A stretch of 46,204 nucleotides of DNA, taken from positions 1 to 46,204 of the forward strand of contig JAYWIR010000171.1 in the NCBI GenBank assembly GCA_036172245.1, in the 5' to 3' direction. The stretch is from Raillietiella orientalis (taxonomy: Eukaryota). The position numbers and the translations under genes were made by a program. Numbering within the stretch: position 1 is the stretch's first letter; every line of letters begins with the position of its first letter. Positions 37,901-46,204 of the stretch are shown in pieces. Below the pieces are notes generated by a model. That model worked only from the letters and a program-made list of their open reading frames with translations. It was not told the DNA's origin and searched no databases.

Positions 37901-40900
37901 AATTCGGTCCACATAATGAATCAAAGTGAAGAAACCTCCTTTCTAATTCCGACACTGGTGACCATGAAAACGAAACAGAGTCCAAAGTGCCCCACCCTAA
38001 GGAAAGGACGCACTCATCTCAATGTTCTTCTGAATCCAGTCAAATGGACGTATGTGCAGCTATCCATGCCACGAATTTCCCGCTCGCTGCAAATGGACGC
38101 TTCGGGGAGAGGCGCAAAAGTGCAAAGGTGTCATCTGCTGATTTCGAATTGATTACAAACCTTCAAACGTCCAAATTCGGTCCACATAATGAATCAAATT
38201 TACGGAAAACATTCCCTTTCTAATTCCGACACTGGTAGCCATGAAAACGAAACAGAGACCAAAGTGCCCCACCCTAAGCAAAGGACGCACTCATCTCAAT
38301 GTTCTTCTGAACCCAGTCAAATGTACGTATGTGCAGCTATCCATGCCACGAATTTCCCGTTCGCTGCAAATGCACGCTTCGGGGAGAGGCGCAAAAGTGC
38401 AAAGGTGTCATCTGCTGATTTCGAATTGATTACAAACCTTCAAACGTCCAAATTCGGTCCACATAATGAATCAAATTTACGGAAAACATTCCCTTTCTAA
38501 TTCCGACACTGGTAGCCATGAAAACGAAACAGAGACCAAAGTGCCCCACCCTAAGCAAAGGACGCACTCATCTCAATGTTCTTCTGAATCCAGTCAAATG
38601 GAAGTTTGTGCGGGTATCCATGACACTAATTTGCAGACTGACTCAAATGGACGCTTCGGGGAGAGGAGGTGTCATCTGCTGATTTCGAATTGATTACAAA
38701 CCTTCAAAAGTCCAAATTCGGTCCACATAATGAATCAAATTTACGGAAAACATTCCCTTTCTAATTCCGACACTGGTAGCCATGAAAACGAAACAGAGAC
38801 CAAAGTGCCCCACCCTAAGCAAAGGACGCACTCATCTCAATGTTCTTCTGAATCCAGTCAAATGGAAGTTTGTGCGGGTATCCATGACGCTAATTTGCAA
38901 CTCACTGCAAATGGACGCTTCGGGGAGAGGCGCAAAGGTGCAAGGGTGTCATCTGCTGATTTCGAATTGATTACAAACCCTTAAATGTCCAAATTCGGTC
39001 CATATAATGAATCAAATTTACGGAAAACATTCCCTTTCTAATTCCGACACTGGTGACCATGAAAACGAAACAGAGTCGAAAGTGCCCCACCCTAAGGAAA
39101 GCACGCACTCATCTCAATGTTCTTCTGAACCCAGTCAACTGGACGTATGTGCGGCTATCCATGACGCTAATTGCAACTCACTGCAAATGGACGCTTCGGG
39201 GAGAGGCGCAAAAGTGCAAAGGTGTCATCTGCTGATTTCGAATTGATTACAAACCCTTAAACGTCCAAATTCGGTCCATATAATGAATCAAATTTACGGA
39301 AAACATTCCCTTTCTAATTCCGACACTGGTAGCCATGAAAACGAAACAGAGACCAAAGTGCCCCACCCTAAGCAAAGGACGCACTCATCTCAATGTTCTT
39401 CTGAACCCAGTCAAATGTACGTATGTGCAGCTATCCATGCCACGAATTTCCCGTTCGCTGCAAATGCACGCTTCGGGGAGAGGCGCAAAAGTGCAAAGGT
39501 GTCATCTGCTGATTTCGAATTGATTACAAACCTTCAAAAGTCCAAATTCGGTCCACATAATGAATCAAATTTACGGAAAACATTCCCTTTCTAATTCCGA
39601 CACTGGTAGCCATGAAAACGAAACAGAGACCAAAGTGCCCCACCCTAAGCAAAGGACGCACTCATCTCAATGTTCTTCTGAATCCAGTCAAATGGAAGTT
39701 TGTGCGGGTATCCATGACGCTAATTTGCAACTCACTGCAAATGGACGCTTCGGGGAGAGGCGCAAAGGTGCAAGGGTGTCATCTGCTGATTTCGAATTGA
39801 TTACAAACCCTTAAATGTCCAAATTTTGTCCATATAATGAATCAAATTTACGGAAAACATTCCCTTTCTAATTCCGACACTGGTGACCATGAAAACGAAA
39901 CAGAGTCGAAAGTGCCCCACCCTAAGGAAAGGACGCACTCATCTCAATGTTCTTCTGAATCCAGTCAAATGGACGTTTGTGCGGCTATCCATGACGTAAT
40001 TTTCAACTCGCTGCAAATGGACGCTTCGGTGAGAGGCGCAAAAGTGCAAAGGTGTCATCTGCTGATTTCGAATTAATTACAAACCCTTGAACCTCCAAAT
40101 TCGGTCCACATAATGAATCAAATTGACGGAAAAAATTCCCTTTCTAATTCCGACACTGGTAACCATGAAAACGAAACAGAGTCCAAAGTGCCCCACCCTA
40201 AGGAAAGGACGCACTCATCTCAATGTTCTTCTGAACCCAGTCAAATGGACGTATGTGCAGCTATCCATGCCACGAATTTCCCGCTCGCTGCAAATGGACG
40301 CTTCGGGGAGAGGCGCAAAAGTGCAAAGGTGTCATCTGCTGATTTCGAATTGATTACAAACCTTCAAACGTCCAAATTCGGTCCACATAATGAATCAAAT
40401 TTACGGAAAACATTCCCTTTCTAATTCCGACACTGGTAGCCATGAAAACGAAACAGAGACCAAAGTGCCCCACCCTAAGCAAAGGACGCACTCATCTCAA
40501 TGTTCTTCTGAACCCAGTCAAATGTACGTATGTGCAGCTATCCATGCAACGAATTTCCCGTTCGCTGCAAATGGACGCTTCGGGGAGAGGCGCAAAAGTG
40601 CAAAGGTGTCATCTGCTGATTTCGAATTGATTACAAACCCTTAAATGTCCAAATTCGGTCCACATAATGAATCAAATTTACGGAAAACATTCCCTTTCTA
40701 ATTCCGACAATGGTGACCATGAAAACGAAACAGAGTTGAAAGTGCCCCACCCTAAGGAAAGCACGCACTCATCTCAATGTTCTTCTGAACCCAGTCAACT
40801 GGACGTATGTGCGGCTATCCATGACGCTAATTTGCAACTCACTGCAAATGGACGCTTAGGTTAGAGGCTCAAAAGTGCAAAGGGGTCATCTGCTGATTTC

Positions 40901-41774
40901 GAATTGATTACTAACCCTTAAACGTCCAAATTCGGTCCATATAATGAATCAAAGTGAAGGAAAACCTTCCCTTTCTGATTCCGACACTGCTGACCATGAA
41001 AACGAAACAGAGACCAAAGTGCCCCACCCTAAGCAAAGGACGCACTCATCTCAATGTTCTTCTGAACCCAGTCAAATGTACGTATGTGCAGCTATCCATG
41101 CCACGAATTTCCCGTTCGCTGCAAATGCACGCTTCGGGGAGAGGCGCAAAAGTGCAAAGGTGTCATCTGCTGATTTCGAATTGATTACAAACCTTCAAAA
41201 GTCCAAATTCGGTCCACATAATGAATCAAATTTACGGAAAACATTCCCTTTCTAATTCCGACACTGGTAGCCATGAAAACGAAACAGAGACCAAAGTGCC
41301 CCACCCTAAGCAAAGGACGCACTCATCTCAATGTTCTTCTGAATCCAGTCAAATGGACGTTTGTGCAGCTATCCATGCCACGAATTTCCCGCTCGCTGCA
41401 AATGGACGCTTCGGGGAGAGGCGCAAAAGTGCAAAGGTGTCATCTGCTGATTTCGAATTGATTACAAACCCTTAAACGTCCAAATTCGGTCCACATAATG
41501 AATCAAATTTACGGAAAAAATTCCCTTTCTAATTCCGACACTGGTAGCCATGAAAACGAAACAGAGACCAAAGTGCCCCACCCTAAGCAAAGGACGCACT
41601 CATCTCAATGTTCTTCTGAATCCAGTCAAATGGACGTTTGTGCAGCTATCCATGCCACGAATTTCCCGTTCGCTGCAAATGGACGCTTCGGGGAGAGGCG
41701 CAAAAGTGCAAAGGTGTCATCTGCTGATTTCGAATTAATTACAAACCCTTGAACCTCCAAATTCGGTAAACATA

Positions 41775-43973
41775 ATGAATCAAATTGACGGAAAAAATTC
41801 CCTTTCTAATTCTGACACTGGTAACCATGAAAACGAAACAGAGTCCAAAGTGCCCCACCCTAAGGAAAGGACGCACTCATCTCAATGTTCTTCTGAAGCC
41901 AGTCAAATGTACGTATGTGCAGCTATCCATGCCACGAATTTCCCCTTCGCTGCAAATGGACGCTTCGGGGAGAGGCGCAAAAGTGCAAAGGTGTCATCTG
42001 CTGATTTCGAATTAATTACAAACCCTTGAACCTCCAAATTCGGTAAACATAATGAATCAAATTGACGGAAAAAATTCCCTTTCTAATTCTGACACTGGTA
42101 ACCATGAAAACGTAACAGAGACCAAAGTGCCCCACCCTAAGGAAAGGACGCACTCATCTCAAGGTTTTCTGAATCCAGTCAAATGGACGTTTGTGCAGCT
42201 ATCCATGCCACGAATTTCCCCTTCGCTGCAAATGGACGCTTCGGGGAGAGGCGCAAAAGTGCAAGGGTGTCATCTGCTGATTTCGAATTAATTACAAACC
42301 GTTGAACCTCCAAATTCGGTAAACATAATGAATCAAATTGACGGAAAAAATTTCCTTTCTAATTCTGACACTGGTAACCATGAAAACGAAATAGAGTCCA
42401 AAGTGCCCCACCCTAAGGAAAGGACGCACTCATCTCAATGTTCTTCTGAAGCCAGTCAAATGCACGTATGTGCAGCTATCCATGCCACGAATTTCCCCTT
42501 CGCTGCAAATAGACGCTTCGGGGAGAGGCGCAAAAGTGCAAAGGTGTCATCTGCTGATTTCGAATTAATTACAAACCCTTGAACCTCCAAATTCGGTAAA
42601 CATAATGAATCAAATTGACGGAAAAAATTCCCTTTCTAATTCTGACACTGGTAACATGAAAACTTAACAGAGCCGCCCCACCCTAAGAAAGGACGCACTC
42701 ATCTCAAGGTTTTCTGAATCCAGTCAAATGGACGTTTGTGCAGCTATCCATGCCACGAATTTCCCCTTCGCTGCAAATGGACGCTTCGGGGAGAGGCGCA
42801 AAAGTGCAAAGGTGTCATCTGCTGATTTCGAATTGATTACAAACCTTCAAAAGTCCAAATTCGGTCCACATAATGAATCAAATTTACGGAAAACATTCCC
42901 TTTCTAATTCCGACACTGGTAGCCATGAAAACGAAACAGAGACCAAAGTGCCCCACCCTAAGCAAAGGACGCACTCATCTCAATGTTCTTCTGAATCCAG
43001 TCAAATGGAAGTTTGTGCAGCTATCCATGCCACGAATTTCCCGCTCGCTGCAAATGGACGCTTCGGGGAGAGGCGCAAAAGTGCAAAGGTGTCATCTGCT
43101 GATTTCGAATTAATTACAAACCCTTGAACCTCCAAATTCGGTAAACATAATGAATCAAATTGACGGAAAACCTTTCTAATTCTGACACTGGTAACCATGA
43201 AAACGTAACAGAGACCAAAGTGCCCCACCCCAAGGAAAGGACGCACTCATCTCAAGGTTTTCTGAATCCAGTCAAATGGACGTTTGTGCAGCTATCCATG
43301 CAACGAATTTCCCCTTCGCTGCAAATGGACGCTTCGGGGAGAGGCGCAAAAGTGCAAAGGTGTCATCTGCTGATTTCGAATTAATTACAAACCCTTGAGC
43401 CTCCAAATTCGGTAAACATAATGAATCAAATTTACGGAAAACATTCCCTTTCTAATTCCGACACTGGTAGCCATGAAAACGAAACAGAGTCCAAAGTGCC
43501 CCACCCTAAGGAAAGGACGGGCTCATCTCAATGTTCTTCTGAAGCCAGTCAAATGTACGTATGTGCAGCTATCCATGCCACGAATTTCCCGTTCGCTGCA
43601 AATGGACGCTTCGGGGAGAGGCGCAAAAGTGCAAAGGTGTCATCTGCTGATTTCGAATTAATTACAAACCCTTGAACCTCCAAATTCGGTAAACATAATG
43701 AATCAAATTGACGGAAAAAATTCCCTTTCTAATTCTGACACTGGTAACCATGAAAACGTAACAGAGACCAAAGTGCCCCACCCTAAGGAAAGGACGCACT
43801 CATCTCAAGGTTTTCTGAATCCAGTCAAATGGACGTTTGTGCAGCTATCCATGCCACGAATTTCCCCTTCGCTGCAAATGGACGCTTCGGGGAGAGGCGC
43901 AAAAGTGCAAAGGTGTCATCTGCTGATTTCGAATTAATTACAAACCCTTAAACGTCCAAATTCGGTCAACATA
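41775..43973 (+). repeat. Local dimeric higher-order repeat (277-bp class + 276-bp class) x4, marked by the TTAATT..TTGAACCTCC..GGTAAACAT junction
   Basis: Dimers start at 41775 (553 bp), 42328 (545), 42873 (548) and 43421 (553). The variant TTCCCCTTCG was seen only in this region. Confidence 0.75.
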
Positions 43974-46204
43974 ATGAATCAAATTGAAGGAAAAAATTCC
44001 CTTTCTAATTCCGACACTGGTAGCCATGAAAACGTAACAGAGACCAAAGTGCCCCACCCTAAGGAAAGGACGCACTCATCTCAAGGTTTTCTGAATCCAG
44101 TCAAATGGACGTTTGTGCAGCTATCCATGCCACGAATTTCCCGCTCGCTGCAAATGGACGCTTCGGGGAGAGGCGCAAAAGTGCAAAGGTGTCATCTGCT
44201 GATTTCGAATTGATTACAAACCTTCAAACGTCCAAATTCGGTCCACATAATGAATCAAATTTACGGAAAACATTCCCTTTCTAATTCCGACACTGGTAGC
44301 CATGAAAACGAAACAGAGACCAAAGTGCCCCACCCTAAGCAAAGGACGCACTCATCTCAATGTTCTTCTGAATCCAGTCAAATGGAAGTTTGTGCGGGTA
44401 TCCATGACGCTAATTTGCAACTCACTGCAAATGGACGCTTCGGGGAGAGGCGCAAAGGTGCAAGGGTGTCATCTGCTGATTTCGAATTGATTACAAACCC
44501 TTAAATGTCCAAATTTGGTCCATATAATGAATCAAATTTACGGAAAACATTCCCTTTCTAATTCCGACACTGGTGACCATGAAAACGAAACAGAGTCGAA
44601 AGTGCCCCACCCTAAGGAAAGCACGCACTCATCTCAATGTTCTTCTGAACCCAGTCAACTGGACGTATGTGCGGCTATCCATGACGCTAATTTGCAACTC
44701 ACTGCAAATGGACGCTTCGGTTAGAGGCTCAAAAGTGCAAAGGGGTCATCTGCTGATTTCGAATTGATTACTAACCCTTAAACGTCCAAATTCGGTCCAT
44801 ATAATGAATCAAAGTGAAGGAAAACCTTCCCTTTCTGATTCCGACACTGCTGTCCATGAAAACGAAACAGAGACCAAAGTGCCCCACCCTAAGCAAAGGA
44901 CGCACTCATCTCAATGTTCTTCTGAACCCAGTCAAATGTACGTATGTGCAGCTATCCATGCCACGAATTTCCCGTTCGCTGCAAATGCACGCTTCGGGGA
45001 GAGGCGCAAAAGTGCAAAGGTGTCATCTGCTGATTTCGAATTGATTACAAACCCTTAAACGTCCAAATTCGGTCCACATTATGAATCAAATTGAAGAAAA
45101 ACCTTCCCTTTCTAATTCCGACACTGGTAACCATGAAAACGAAACAGAGTCCAAAGTGCCCCACCCTAAGGAAAGGACGCACTCATCTCAATGTTCTTCT
45201 GAACCCAGTCAAATGGACGTATGTGCAGCTATCCATGCCACGAATTTCCCGCTCGCTGCAAATCGACGCTTCGAGGGGAGGCCCAAAAGTGCAAAGATGT
45301 CATGTGCTGATTTCGAATTGATTACAAACCCTTAAAAGTCCAAATTCGGTCCATATGATGAATCAAAGTGAAGGAAAACCTTCCCTTTCTGATTCCGACA
45401 CTGGTGACCATGAAAACGAAACAGAGTCCAAAGTGCCCCACCCTAAGGAAAGGACGCACTCATCTCAATGTTCTTCTGAACCCAGTCAAATGGACGTATG
45501 TGCAGCTATCCATGCCACGAATTTCCCGCTCGCTGCAAATGGACGCTTCGGGGAGAGGCGCAAAAGTGCAAAGGTGTCATCTGCTGATTTCGAATTGATT
45601 ACAAACCTTCAAACGTCCAAATTCGGTCCACATAATGAATCAAATTTACGGAAAACATTCCCTTTCTAATTCCGACACTGGTAGCCATGAAAACGAAACA
45701 GAGACCAAAGTGCCCCACCCTAAGCAAAGGACGCACTCATCTCAATGTTCTTCTGAATCCAGTCAAATGGAAGTTTGTGCAGCTATCCATGCCACGAATT
45801 TCCCGCTCGCTGCAAATGGACGCTTCGGGGAGTGGTGCAAAAGTGCAAAGGTGTCATCTGCTGATTTCGAATTGATTACAAACCTTTAAACGTCCAAATT
45901 CGGTCCACATAATGAATCAAATTTACGAAAAAAAATACCCTTTCTAATTCCGACACTGGTAGCCATGAAAACGTAACAGAGACCAAAGTGCCCCACCCTA
46001 AGGAAAGGACGCACTCATCTCAATGTTCTTCTGAACCCAGTCAAATGGACGTATGTGCAGCTATCCATGCCACGAATTTCCCGCTCGCTGCAAATGGACG
46101 CTTCGGGGAGAGGCGCAAAAGTGCAAAGGTGTCATCTGCTGATTTCGAATTGATTACAAACCTTCAAACGTCCAAATTCGGTCCACATAATGAATCAAAT
46201 TTAC

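Larger units (their letters stand above)
527..46204 (+). repeat. Tandem satellite DNA array, monomer 276-277 bp, ~165 copies, head-to-tail, single orientation, continuing past the window end
   Basis: The marker ATGAATCAA recurs at 584, 861, 1138, 1414, 1690, 1967 ... 45635, 45912, 46190, spaced 276-277 bp (rare units of 264-278 bp). The whole unit is conserved (...TCCGACACTGGT..CCATGAAAACGAAACAGAG..CAAAGTGCCCCACCC..AGGACGCACTCATCTCAA..CAGTCAAATGGACG..CTGCAAATGGACGCTTCGGGGAGAGG..AAGGTGTCATCTGCTGATTTCGAATTGATTACAAACC..AAACGTCCAAATTCGGTCCA...). I saw no unique spacers or inversions. Confidence 0.99.

Noticed and set aside
584..45889. About 250 short ORFs (MNQSEEKPSLSNSDTG..., MKTKQSPKCPTLRKG...) as a tandem gene family or repeat protein
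   Set aside because: They are translations of the satellite monomer in overlapping frames. The 277-bp unit is not a multiple of 3, the common 276/277 indel swaps frames mid-ORF, stops and lost starts occur freely, and no domain is recognisable.
527..46204. CRISPR array or other repeat-spacer system
   Set aside because: The whole 276-277 bp unit is repeated. Variable parts are alleles of one sequence rather than unique spacers, and there are no cas or other genes.

Overview
This window is almost entirely non-coding eukaryote-type satellite DNA. From about 527 to the end (46204, open-ended) it is one uninterrupted head-to-tail array of about 165 monomers of 276-277 bp, all in the same orientation. 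The first ~528 bp are unrelated GC-rich unique sequence. This flank meets the array at a sharp junction (...AAAAAAAATCGAGACA|TCTACTG...) and has LTR-retrotransposon-like hallmarks: a terminal CA, a PBS-like TGGCGACT and a polypurine tract on the minus strand. No credible protein-coding gene, RNA gene or CRISPR array is present, and the ORF track only re-reads the monomer. The interest lies in the array's internal architecture. Monomers are mosaics of a few interchangeable sequence blocks. They form local higher-order repeats of 2, 3, 4, 7 and 14 monomers, plus a dispersed copy at a 23-monomer offset, and domains enriched in 276-bp or 277-bp units. There is an indel hotspot, and one ~100-bp patch (17689-17790) where almost every private mutation creates a palindrome or hairpin. 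I cannot identify the organism or satellite family from the sequence alone, and a centromeric or pericentromeric role is only an inference. All alignments were done by eye and from ORF-track offsets.
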